A program made the position numbers and the translations under genes. From Polyangiales bacterium (lineage in GTDB: Bacteria; Myxococcota_A; Polyangia; Polyangiales; JADJQN01): a stretch of 64,000 nt of DNA. Of the stretch, positions 29,734 through 39,082 are shown piece after piece (position 1 is the first letter of the stretch; every line of letters starts with the position of its first letter). The notes under the pieces are model-generated. The model had not been told where the DNA came from, did not search any database, and worked only from the letters and a program-made list of their open reading frames with translations. The stretch covers positions 96,001-160,000 of the forward strand of contig CAXNJO010000003.1 of the NCBI GenBank assembly GCA_964202905.1. The letters are read 5' to 3'.

Positions 29734-29807
29734 GGTGACTGACGGGGTTTGAACCCGCGACATTCGGAACCACAATCCGACGCTCTACCAGCTGAGCTAC
29801 AGCCACC
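29734..29807 (-). tRNA. tRNA-His(GTG) with encoded G-1
   Basis: GGTGGCTGTAGCTCAGCTGGTAGAGC..TCGGA-TTGTGGT-TCCGA..GGTTCAAACCC..CAGTCACC. Confidence 0.95.
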
Positions 29808-29819
29808 AGAAGAGCCGCG

Positions 29820-29847
29820 ATTGTACCGATCACGCGGGCTTGCGCAA
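29820..29847 (-). promoter_or_regulatory. Sigma70-like promoter for tRNA-His
   Basis: TTGCGC-N16-TACAAT ending 12 bp before the tRNA. Confidence 0.6.
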
Positions 29848-29853
29848 GCGCCG

Positions 29854-30393
29854 TCACCGCGAAGACGCGGGAAGCACGACGCGACCGCCCGCGTAGTAGC
29901 GCCGGGCCCACTCGGCCATCGCGATCCCGGCGGCCACCGTGACGGGGTAGCTGTGGTTGATCCCGTACATCGGGATCGCCACGACCTCGTGCGCCGCCCG
30001 CACGATGGATTCCGGCACGCCGGTGTCCTCGTTGCCGAATACGAGCACGGCGTCCTCGGGGAGCGCGCAGTCCCAGAGCCCCGCGCGGGCGACGTCTTTC
30101 TCGAAGACGACGAGCCTCCAGCCCTCGACGCGCGCCAGCGCGAGGAACGCGTCCTCGTCCGGGACTTCACGCAGGTTCTCGAACCGCTGCATGCCCATCG
30201 CGGCGCGCTCGTACCAGGGCTCGACGCCGACGAGCACAATCTCCCGCGCGAGAAAACTGTGCGCTGTGCGCACGATCGCCCCCACATTAAAGCCGTTCTT
30301 CGCGCGGAACAGCGCCACGCGGAAGGGGTGCCGCAGCCGGTCGAGCTCAGCGCGGATCTCGTCACGCGGCTGGTCGAGGGGTTGCACTTTCAT
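29854..30393 (-). CDS. TrmH/SpoU-family RNA methyltransferase
   Basis: NGFNVGAIVRTA, LVFGNEDTGV, IPMYGINHSYPVTVAAGI. Confidence 0.9.
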   Translation of the reverse strand: MKVQPLDQPRDEIRAELDRLRHPFRVALFRAKNGFNVGAIVRTAHSFLAREIVLVGVEPWYERAAMGMQRFENLREVPDEDAFLALARVEGWRLVVFEKDVARAGLWDCALPEDAVLVFGNEDTGVPESIVRAAHEVVAIPMYGINHSYPVTVAAGIAMAEWARRYYAGGRVVLPASSR

Positions 30394-30431
30394 CGCGCCC
30401 CGACTGTTAGCCGTGTAACCTCGGCCTGTCG

Positions 30432-33400
30432 ATGTACGACTCGCGCGATCCGGCCTCGCCCCCCCACGGCGCGGCGCCCCCCAACGGCGCCTCGATGGCC
30501 TCCATGTCGCCCGAGCGCGGCCGCACCCCGTCCGCACCGCCCCTGGCCGATCGCTCCCGCAGCTCGTACCCCCCCTCCGCGCCCTCGCGTGAACGCGCCC
30601 CGACGGAGGCGCCGCCGCCCGAGCCGGAAGGCGCTGCGGAGGACGCCCCCGACGGCCACTCGCGGCCGACGCAGCGCCCCTCGCGTGCGCCCGTCGTGAT
30701 GCTCGTCGGCGACGGTGAGCCCATGGCCGAGGCGATCGCCGGCGCGCTCGGGACGCGCGGCGTGCGCGTGCGCACCGCGAGCGTCGAAGGCGCGGCCGGG
30801 GCGGTCGAGAGCCGTGCACCGGATCTGCTCGTGCTCATCGGCGACGCGACCCACGGCGATCGCCTGCGGTTGTTGAGTGCGCTCGGCGCGCGGCCCCCGC
30901 GCGAGCGGCTTCCCGTCGTGCTTCTCGAGGAGCATGCAGACGACCCGCTCGAACAACGGCTCCGGGCACTCCGCGAGGGGGCCGTCGACGTCGTCGAGCG
31001 CCAGGCGAGCGCGGACGCGATGGCCGCGCGGATCGCCGAACTCGCTTGGGATGTCGCACATCACACCCCCCGGCAGGCAGCGGGCGTCGAACTCACGCTG
31101 GACGCGCTCACCGGCGCGATCCGCAACGAGCTCGCGCAGCGCGTGCCGGGCGACGCGGAGCAGCTCCTCGCCGCGCCCGGCCGTGAGATCGCCGAGGCAA
31201 TCCAGGGGTTCGCCGAGCGCGTCCGCGCGCTCGTGAAGCGCGGCGACGTCGAGCGTGCCCGGCCGATGCTCTCGACGCCGCGCGCCGAGGTCCGCCTCGA
31301 CGCGTCCCTGCTCGCCGACCTCGACGATGGCGCCTCGGAGGCCCTCCGGGGCGCGCGCGTCCTGATCGTCCATGAAGACCCGGGCGAGGCCGACGCGCTG
31401 GCCCAGGAGCTCCGCGCCCGCGGCTCGACGGTCGTCGTGAGCGGGGCCACCGCGCCGGGGCTCGCCCGTGCGCGCTCGCTCGACCCAGAGGTCGTGATCG
31501 TCGATGCGAAGGCCGCAGCGACCGGCGCAGAAGGCCTGAAAGCCCGGCTCGCGCGCGACCCCCGGCTGCGTTGGGCGCACGTGATCGACGCGCGCTGGGA
31601 CGACATCTTCGCGTCGGATTCGGGCATTCCGCGACTCGAGGGCCTCGCCGAGCGCATCGCGCCCCTCCGCGCCGTCGAGCGTGCGCTCGCGAGCCGCGCC
31701 CTCGACGAGCCGCGCTTCGAGGTCGACCTCGCGGAGATGGGGCCATCGCGCATTCTGCGGGCGCTGGCGAACACACCGCACCCCGTGCGGCTCACGGCGC
31801 TCGAAGACCTCGCCGAGGCGCGGGTCGACGTGGTCGACGGGCTCGTCGTGGGCGCGGAGGCCGATGGGATGACGGGCCCCGAGGCCCTGGCATCGCTGCT
31901 CGGCCTACAGAGCGGCATGCTGCGCGTAGAGCGACGCCGCGCACCCGGTCAGGCGAACCTCTTCGTGCCCGTGGGCGATGCGCTCGTGGGCGCGGCCCGC
32001 GCGACCGTCCCCTCCCCGTCCTCAAAGCCGCCGGCCCCCGCGACGCCCGAAGACGCGCGGCACCGCGGCGCGCCGCTGGACGCGGTCGAGGAGCCCGAGG
32101 AACTCGCCGACGGGCTCGCCGCGCTCCTCGAGCCCGAGAGCAGTGCCCCCCCTGCTGCAGACCCCTCGACGCCGCCCGCCCGGCCATCCTCGGGGATCCC
32201 CGCCGGCACGCTGCTCGGCCTCGCCCCGCCCGCAACCCCCGCGATCGGAAGCGACGGGGAGTTCGAAGAAGTGACCGTCGTCGACAAGTCGCCACTCGCG
32301 ACCGCTCGGCTCGTCGCCGCGCTCGCCGCGGAATCGATGGCCCCCGACGCCCTCGCGGAGGTCCGACTCGCCGCCGCGCAACTCGCCGAGGCGGAGCGCG
32401 CCTCGCAAGAAGGCACGTCGGACAGCCAGAGCGTCCATCCCTTCGCCGCGACGCATCTCGGTCTCGGCCCGCCCTCGTCACCACCGCCGCTGACCTCTCC
32501 CCCGCCGCCCGACGGGGACCCGGCATTCGACGACGGCGGGGCCCGCGTCTCGCGGGAGATCGAAGAAGCGGAGATCGAAGAAGCGGAAATCGAAGAGCAT
32601 TGGCTCGCGGCCGAGCCGCAGGAGTCCGCGCTGAGCGATGAGCCACGACGGCCCACGGCACGCGCCCGGCGGCTCCAGAGCGTGATGCTCGGCGGAGCGT
32701 TCCTGCTGAGCGCCGCGGCCATCGCCGCCACCGGGATCGGCATGTGGCGCATGTTGCACCCCAGGGTGCCGGGCATGCCGCACGGCGCACACGCCAACCA
32801 CGCCGCACCCGCCGAGCACGCAGCGCAGACCGAGCACGCCGCACACGCCGCACCCGCCGAGCACGCAGCGCAGACCGAACACGCAGCGCAGACCGAACAC
32901 GCAGCGCAGACCGAACACGCAGCGCAGACCGAGCACGCCGCGCAGACCGAACACGCAGCGCAGACCGAGCACGCCGCACCCGCCGAGCACGCCGCACCCG
33001 CCGCACCCACCGAACACGCCGCACCCGCCGAACACGCAGCGCAGACCGAGCACGCCGCACCCGCCGAGCACGCAGAGCACGTCGCACCCGCCGAGCACGC
33101 GGAGCCGGCGATGCAGGCGGCGGCAGTCGCCGCGCCAACCGACGCGCCCGCCGAGATCGCCTCCGAAGACCCGACCGCCGCGAGCGAGCGGCTCACCGCG
33201 CTCGCACGCACCATCCTCACCGCGGACCCGGAGCGCGCGGCGTCGATCCTCACGCGGGCGGCCGAGCGCGCGCCGACCAACGCGCACCCGGTCGAGGAGC
33301 TCGCGCGTCTGCATCTCCGTCGTGGGAACGCGAGTGGCGCGGTGTTCTGGGCGTCGAAGCTCGTCACGCTGCGGCGCCGGCGCGCCTCGGCCCGCGTGCT

Positions 33401-33515
33401 ACTCGGCGACGCCCGGCGGCTCGCCGGGGACACCGATGGCGCGCAGGCGGCCTGGGAAGAAGCGCTCGCGTACGAGCCCGACAACCGCGAAGCCGCGCGG
33501 CGCCTCGGACGCTGA
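30432..33515 (+). CDS. Myxobacterial multidomain membrane protein (two degenerate receiver-like domains, DUF4388-like region, TM helix, His-rich repeats, TPR)
   Basis: VMLVGD..APDLLVL and RVLIVHED..PEVVIVD receiver-like segments; one TM helix; TPR-like C-terminus AWEEALAYEPDNREA. Confidence 0.75.
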   Translation: MYDSRDPASPPHGAAPPNGASMASMSPERGRTPSAPPLADRSRSSYPPSAPSRERAPTEAPPPEPEGAAEDAPDGHSRPTQRPSRAPVVMLVGDGEPMAEAIAGALGTRGVRVRTASVEGAAGAVESRAPDLLVLIGDATHGDRLRLLSALGARPPRERLPVVLLEEHADDPLEQRLRALREGAVDVVERQASADAMAARIAELAWDVAHHTPRQAAGVELTLDALTGAIRNELAQRVPGDAEQLLAAPGREIAEAIQGFAERVRALVKRGDVERARPMLSTPRAEVRLDASLLADLDDGASEALRGARVLIVHEDPGEADALAQELRARGSTVVVSGATAPGLARARSLDPEVVIVDAKAAATGAEGLKARLARDPRLRWAHVIDARWDDIFASDSGIPRLEGLAERIAPLRAVERALASRALDEPRFEVDLAEMGPSRILRALANTPHPVRLTALEDLAEARVDVVDGLVVGAEADGMTGPEALASLLGLQSGMLRVERRRAPGQANLFVPVGDALVGAARATVPSPSSKPPAPATPEDARHRGAPLDAVEEPEELADGLAALLEPESSAPPAADPSTPPARPSSGIPAGTLLGLAPPATPAIGSDGEFEEVTVVDKSPLATARLVAALAAESMAPDALAEVRLAAAQLAEAERASQEGTSDSQSVHPFAATHLGLGPPSSPPPLTSPPPPDGDPAFDDGGARVSREIEEAEIEEAEIEEHWLAAEPQESALSDEPRRPTARARRLQSVMLGGAFLLSAAAIAATGIGMWRMLHPRVPGMPHGAHANHAAPAEHAAQTEHAAHAAPAEHAAQTEHAAQTEHAAQTEHAAQTEHAAQTEHAAQTEHAAPAEHAAPAAPTEHAAPAEHAAQTEHAAPAEHAEHVAPAEHAEPAMQAAAVAAPTDAPAEIASEDPTAASERLTALARTILTADPERAASILTRAAERAPTNAHPVEELARLHLRRGNASGAVFWASKLVTLRRRRASARVLLGDARRLAGDTDGAQAAWEEALAYEPDNREAARRLGR
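32799..33103 (+). repeat. In-frame 18-bp tandem repeats encoding HAAQTE/HAAPAE
   Basis: More than a dozen imperfect hexapeptide units after the TM helix. Confidence 0.9.
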
Positions 33516-33528
33516 CCACGCCACGCGC

Positions 33529-33556
33529 TTGACGGCGCGGGACGTATCGCTAAACT
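33529..33556 (+). promoter_or_regulatory. Sigma70-like promoter for rpmG
   Basis: TTGACG-N16-TAAACT. Confidence 0.6.
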
Positions 33557-33619
33557 GCGGCCCTCTCCGCGAGCCGGGGACTGCGACGCCGCCTTTGGCG
33601 CGGCCGGAAGAAAGACGTC

Positions 33620-33781
33620 ATGCGCGACCTCATCAAGCTCACCTGCGAGACCTGCACCCGGGCGAACTACTACACGTCCAAGAACAAGCGGACCATGACC
33701 GAGAAGTTCTCGATCAAGAAGTTCTGCCCGGCCTGCCGCACGCACAAGCTCCACAAGGAAGGCAAGATCAGCAAGGGCTGA
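33620..33781 (+). CDS. rpmG: 50S ribosomal protein L33 (Zn-binding C+ type); absent from the ORF track
   Basis: Own translation MRDLIKLTCETCTRANYYTSKNKRTMTEKFSIKKFCPACRTHKLHKEGKISKG*. Confidence 0.95.
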   Translation: MRDLIKLTCETCTRANYYTSKNKRTMTEKFSIKKFCPACRTHKLHKEGKISKG

Positions 33782-34056
33782 TCGCGCCCCGCGCCGACGC
33801 GCGCCCGTCGTTCCCCTCGGCGAGTGTCGGCTCTTTCTTCGCCCTCGTGGCGCGTCCCGTGTTCGCAGGCTGAACACCCGCGCCACGGCGCCATGCGGGC
33901 GCGCCCCACCCCAGGGCGGTCCGTCGAATCGCGCGCTCGCATGCCCACGCCACGCGCGTTCGGGGCGCCGCAGTCGCGCGGCCTCCCACCGCACTCCGTT
34001 GAACCATGCGCTCGCCGGCGCCTCGGAGGCCTGTTCGAGCCGACCGCGGCGCGGCC

Positions 34057-35285
34057 TCACACCGCGAGTCGTTGGATCGCGCGCTCGTAGGCCACGCGCG
34101 CAGCGTCGTAGCCACGGTGCACACCGCCCTCGACGAGCCGCTCTCCGCCGACGTACACCTCGCGCACCGCGCGCGGCCCTGCCCCCCAGAGCACCGCCTC
34201 GTCGGCGTCGTCCGGCCCCCCCACGAGCGCAGCGTCGCGCGCATCGAGCACGACACGGTCCTGCGGCGCGAGCCCCGCCATGCCGATCGCGGCGTAGCCT
34301 CCGGCGCTCGCCGCCTCGAGCAGCAGCCGCGCCTCGCCGACGACGTGACGCGCCTCTGCGCGTACGCGCTCGTCGAGTTCGATGGCACGCACCTCCTCGA
34401 ACGGATCGCTGCTCGCATAGGAATCGACGCCCGTGCACAGCCGCGCACCCGCACGCACGAGCTCCGACGACTGCCCTGGTCCGTCGCCGAGATCGCGCTC
34501 CGTCGATCGGCACACACACGCGAACGCGCGCGCGGCGCCGAGGACGCGCGCTTCCTCGGGCGCGAGGTGCGTCGCGTGCACCGCGACGAAGCGCGCGTCG
34601 ACCAGCCCGAGCTCGTCCAGCAACGCGAGCGGCCGCAGCCCGTGCTCGGCGAGCGACTCCTGCACCTCGCGCCGCTGCTCGCTCACGTGCGCGTGCACCG
34701 GCAGTGCGTGCGCGCGCGCATACCCCGCGATCGCCTCGAGCCACGGCCGAGAGAGCGCGCGGACGCTGTGCGGCGCGAGCCCGATCGTGATGCACGGATC
34801 GTCCATGTGGCGCGCACGCAGCGTGTCGACGTCGCGGAGCGCGTCGGCGACGTCGCGATCGACGAAGCGCCGCTGCCCCGGCTCGAGCGCACGCCCGAGC
34901 CCCGCACGCTCGTACACGCAGCGCAGAAGCGCGACGCGCAGCCCGGCGTCGCGCGCGGCGCGCACCACCGTGTCGGCGAGCAAGCGTGCGCTCCGCGATA
35001 GGGCTCGCCGCCGGACTGGTGATGCACGTAATGGAACTCGCCGACGGCGGTCACGCCCGCCATCGCGAGCTCGACGAAGGCGAAGTGCGAGAGCGCGTAG
35101 AGCGTGTCCGGGTCGACGCGCTCGACGAGCGCGTACATCAGCCCGCGCCACGTCCAGAAGCTCCCGGCTGCCCGCGCCCGGCGCTGCGTGCGGCCGCGGA
35201 GCGCGCGCTGGAACGCGTGCGAATGCGCCGTCGCGAGGCCCGGCAGCACGAGCGTGTCGCCGTCACGGCGCGCGAGGATCTCCAT
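34057..35285 (-). CDS. hutF: Formimidoylglutamate deiminase-like amidohydrolase, frameshift near 34995
   Basis: PGLATAHSHAFQRALRG, SFWTWR, VGEFHYVHH, GLAPHSVRA, HAHVSEQ, VHATH, TERDLGDG. Confidence 0.8.
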
Positions 35286-35788
35286 GCGGGGCCAACGATA
35301 GCAGCGCCGCCCACGCGAGCAGCCCCGCGCCTCGAGTGAGCACGCGTCGCCCATCGGCATCGGTGTGCATGGCGCACGCAGCCCCGCCCACGTCGGCCGC
35401 AGGAACCGCGCCGAGCGCAGCAGATTCTTCGCGTCACGCGCGCGGAGCCGGGCACGACTCCGCGACGGGTGGCAGAGCCGCCATCGCTTATGGTTCGGAC
35501 GGCCCGCGAGGCAAGAACCCGGATGAAGCGACCGACCCTGATCGGCGCTCCTCGGCGTTCTCACGATGGACCCGGTGACCGGCTGCGCAGCGGACGTGGT
35601 GACGCCGGGCGAGGCGGCCGCGCTCGTCGAGCAGGTCGGCCGCGCCGACTGGGAAGCGCGCGACCTCGACGAGCACCCGACACCGCGCCTGCACCGGGAC
35701 GCCCCACGCGCGGGAGGCGGGGTCCGTGCCCCGCGCCGAGCCTTCGCCTGAGCGCTCGCGGCGCCGGGGCGCGTGCTACGTGGCCGCG

Positions 35789-37192
35789 ATGATTCGTCCC
35801 GCTGCCGTCGCGTTCACGCTGCTGCTCATGGCGTGTGGCGCCGCCCCCGGCCCCGCCGCGTCGACCACGCCCGCGGTCCGCGACGCCGCGCAGCCGCATG
35901 CGGCCCGCACGCACCACGCCCACGCGGGCCACCCGCACGATGGCCACGCGCACGGCGACCGCATGCCGCACGACGAGCTCTCCGCCGAGGCCTACGCGGC
36001 GCGGCTCGAGCCCGCCGATCGCGACGCGTGGCAGCAGCCGGCTGCGCTCATCGCCGCGCTCGGGATCCGCGAGGGCGCGCACGTCGCGGACGTCGGCGCG
36101 GGGTCGGGCTACTTCGTGCCGCACCTCGCGCGGGCGGTGGGCGCCTCGGGGCGCGTCGTCGCCGAAGATCTGCGCGACGATCTGCTCGCGCTCGTGCGTG
36201 CACGCGCGACGCGCGAGGGCCTCGCGCAGGTCGAGACGCGCGTCGGCGCCGCCGACGATCCGCGCCTCGAGCCGGGCGCGTACGACCTGATCCTCTTCGT
36301 CGACACCTACCACCACGTCGCGGATCGCCCGACGTTTCTCGGACATCTCGCGCGCGCGCTCACGCCCCGCGGCCGGCTCGTGATCGTCGATTTCCGCGAG
36401 GGCACGCTGCCCGTCGGGCCGCCGCCGGCCCACAAGATCCCGCGCGCCGTCGTCGAGACGGAGGTGCGCGCCGCGGGCTTCACCGTCGCGCGGACGCACG
36501 ATTTTCTGCCGCACCAGTGGGTGCTCGAGCTCATCCACGCCGCGTGCCAGAGCGGTACGCCCGGCTGCGACGTGCGCGCCGAGCGCCCGCGCGTCGTGCT
36601 CGACGCGTCGCTCACGCCGACCGAGGCGGGCCTCCCCGCGATCTCCGCGGACGGCGTGGAGGTCGCGGTCGCCCTCACCGATCCCGACCCCGAGCGCGCG
36701 AGCTCGAGCCTCTCGATACGCTTCCTCGCGACGGCGGACGGCGCGACGCGACGCGAACTCCCGGTGCTCGACGTGCGCGAGGCGCTCGCCCTCGAGGACG
36801 ACGACCCCGACGCGGCGACGCGGGCCCGCATCGAGCGCCGCGTCGCCGAGCTCGACGAGGCGTTCTCGCGGGGCGGCTTCACGCCGCTTCGCAACGCAGC
36901 CATCTCGCGTGATGGTTCCATTCAACCCACGAATCCGGACGAACTCGCGCTCGCCTTCGACACCGCGACGCGCACGCTCACGGCGCGCGGGGCCGAAGGC
37001 CGCGAGCGGCTCCGCACGACGCTCGCCCCCGCGACGCGGCGCTGCGGCGGGCGCGAGGTGTCACAACCCGCGACGCCCGTGAGCGCGTGGGCCGAGGCCG
37101 CGCGCGGCTTGCTGCTCGTGCGCGTCACCTTCGCGTCGGCGCCACGCTGTGCGGCCGCGGCGCCCGAAGAGCGGGTGTTTCGGCTCGAATGA
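35789..37192 (+). CDS. Lipoprotein: His-rich segment, class I SAM methyltransferase and unknown C-terminal domain
   Basis: LMAC lipobox; RDAWQQP, VADVGAGSGYF, VDTYHH, FLPHQW; about 200 extra residues. Confidence 0.8.
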   Translation: MIRPAAVAFTLLLMACGAAPGPAASTTPAVRDAAQPHAARTHHAHAGHPHDGHAHGDRMPHDELSAEAYAARLEPADRDAWQQPAALIAALGIREGAHVADVGAGSGYFVPHLARAVGASGRVVAEDLRDDLLALVRARATREGLAQVETRVGAADDPRLEPGAYDLILFVDTYHHVADRPTFLGHLARALTPRGRLVIVDFREGTLPVGPPPAHKIPRAVVETEVRAAGFTVARTHDFLPHQWVLELIHAACQSGTPGCDVRAERPRVVLDASLTPTEAGLPAISADGVEVAVALTDPDPERASSSLSIRFLATADGATRRELPVLDVREALALEDDDPDAATRARIERRVAELDEAFSRGGFTPLRNAAISRDGSIQPTNPDELALAFDTATRTLTARGAEGRERLRTTLAPATRRCGGREVSQPATPVSAWAEAARGLLLVRVTFASAPRCAAAAPEERVFRLE

Positions 37193-37195
37193 CGA

Positions 37196-37230
37196 AACGC
37201 GTGCATGGGCGCGAAACCCATGCACGCGTT
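37196..37230. terminator. Perfect 14-bp stem-loop between convergent genes
   Basis: AACGCGTGCATGGG-CGCGAAA-CCCATGCACGCGTT. Confidence 0.7.
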
Positions 37231-37249
37231 CGTCGTCATCGCGATTCGT

Positions 37250-38935
37250 TCAGCGGACCCAGACCGTCCACGCGAAGGGGTCGCTCGAGGCCGAGAGATT
37301 GCCGAGCATCCCGTGTCCGCGCACGGCCGCGCGCGGCCGATAGTTCTTGGAGAACGACCACGTGTAGAAGCTGCCTCCGGTCTGATCGAGGGTGAGCGTG
37401 TCGCAGAACGAGTCCGTGCAGGTGGTGTAGGGCCGGGGAGGATCTCCCGGCCGAGGCAGCGGGGGCGCAGACACCTCCGGATCATGCGAGATGTACCAGG
37501 CCGACGCGCTGCGATGGATCTGATAGGTGACACCCGCCTTCAGCCCGGTGACCGGCGTGACCGGAATCTCTCCGGTTGTGTAGACGAAGTTCACGTAGTC
37601 GACGAAGGTCGCCACCGTGCCGCGTCCGAAGGCCGTCTGCGTGTGCGTGGGAATCTGCGCGGTGCTGAGCGCGAAGCTGCGCCCCATCGTCAGCGTGGGG
37701 TCGTACGTGGGCAACGCACCCCGGTTCCAGTCCACCTCGGGCGCCGCCTCGAACTGCGCGACGATCAGCGTCCAGCCGCCGCCGTTCGAGGTCATGTCGC
37801 AGTACATGGGCCGCTCCGGCTGCGGGCCGGGGCCGTCGACGTCGACCGGGTAGAGCATGCTCGGCGGCACCGCGGGCGCCATGAACGAGTCGCGCCAGGC
37901 GAGACACGAGGTGGGGTATTCGCGGGCACAGGTCGCGTTGCAGCCATCATCGGCGATGGTGTTCCCGTCGTCGCACGTCTCGCCCGCGCCGAGGATCCCG
38001 TCACCGCAGCGCACCGCGCAGACGCCCGCGTCCCGGCAGCTCTGGCCGCTCGCACACGCCGTGACCGTCGTGCCGAGGCCATCCGCGTTGCAGACGCTGC
38101 GGCTGTTCATCTCGCACGTGGCGCTGCCCGGCATGCAGATCTGCGGCGCGCACAGGCCCGTCGTCGGGTCACAGCTCGAACCGGCGTCACACGGGGTCGT
38201 CGGGCCGAAGCCGAGGCCATCGGCGTTGCAGAGACGCGTCCCGCCCATGCCGTCGCAGCCCGGCGCGCCCGGCGTGCAGATCTGGTCCGTGCAGTTGCCG
38301 CTGCCCGTGCAGGTCTGGTCCGCCGAGCAGGAAATCAGGCTGGTGAAGGCGACGCAACTCTGCGCACACACCTCGCGGGCCGTGAGCGAGCCCGCGGCAC
38401 AACGGCGCGTGAGGCCAGGCGAGCAGATGCACGGAAGGCACACGCCGTCCTGACAGCCCTCGGTGAGGCCACAGGGCCGGGCATCGATGGTGGCGCCGCG
38501 CGCATCACACTCGCCGACCACGCGCTCCATGCCCGGAAGGCAGAAGCGGCTCGACGGCGCGCAGGCCTGCCGCGCGCAGGCGCCGTCGCTGCAGTAGAAG
38601 CCAGCCTCGCACGCCGTCGCGACGCGCATGCCGGAGGCATCGCAGTTGTACGTCGTGAAGTCGTCGAGACAGTCCGTCTCGCCCGGCGTGCAGGGGCCGC
38701 CCGCGTCGACATCACTGCCGGCATCCACACTGCTGCCGGCATCCACGTCGCCCGCATCGGTTCCGGTGGGCCCGCCATCGGTGCCGCCGCCATCGCTGCC
38801 CGACGGGCCGGAATCGGTGCCCGTCGGCCCCCCATCGACGCTGCCGAGATCGACGGACGCAGGCGCGTCATCGTCATCGCCGCAGGCCGCGAGCGCGACG
38901 ACGACCGCCGCAAGCCCCACGAACGATCCGCGCAT
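37250..38935 (-). CDS. Cys-rich stalk lipoprotein A with fibrinogen-like tip
   Basis: LAACGDD; CTPG..CNADGLG repeats; CAVRCGDGILGAGETCDDGN; PTSC..MYCDMTSNGGGWTLI. Confidence 0.85.
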   Translation of the reverse strand: MRGSFVGLAAVVVALAACGDDDDAPASVDLGSVDGGPTGTDSGPSGSDGGGTDGGPTGTDAGDVDAGSSVDAGSDVDAGGPCTPGETDCLDDFTTYNCDASGMRVATACEAGFYCSDGACARQACAPSSRFCLPGMERVVGECDARGATIDARPCGLTEGCQDGVCLPCICSPGLTRRCAAGSLTAREVCAQSCVAFTSLISCSADQTCTGSGNCTDQICTPGAPGCDGMGGTRLCNADGLGFGPTTPCDAGSSCDPTTGLCAPQICMPGSATCEMNSRSVCNADGLGTTVTACASGQSCRDAGVCAVRCGDGILGAGETCDDGNTIADDGCNATCAREYPTSCLAWRDSFMAPAVPPSMLYPVDVDGPGPQPERPMYCDMTSNGGGWTLIVAQFEAAPEVDWNRGALPTYDPTLTMGRSFALSTAQIPTHTQTAFGRGTVATFVDYVNFVYTTGEIPVTPVTGLKAGVTYQIHRSASAWYISHDPEVSAPPLPRPGDPPRPYTTCTDSFCDTLTLDQTGGSFYTWSFSKNYRPRAAVRGHGMLGNLSASSDPFAWTVWVR

Positions 38936-39082
38936 CCACCCGAATTCTGCCGACTTCCTTGGATTCACAGACACCTCTCCTCAGCGTCGCGCCACCACCT
39001 CGGCGCGTCCGAAGGCGCGAAGCATTCGGTGCACGACCCACCGATGCAAGCGACGAGACGGCGTCAAGTCATGCGCGCGAGA

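Noticed and set aside
29059..29807. tRNA-targeted prophage or integrative element
   Set aside because: No integrase, and I found no duplicated tRNA 3' end in the window.
35488..35751. Small ORFs between hutF and the methyltransferase as a possible HExxH precursor
   Set aside because: No recognisable leader or core motif, and 8 kb away from the enzyme.
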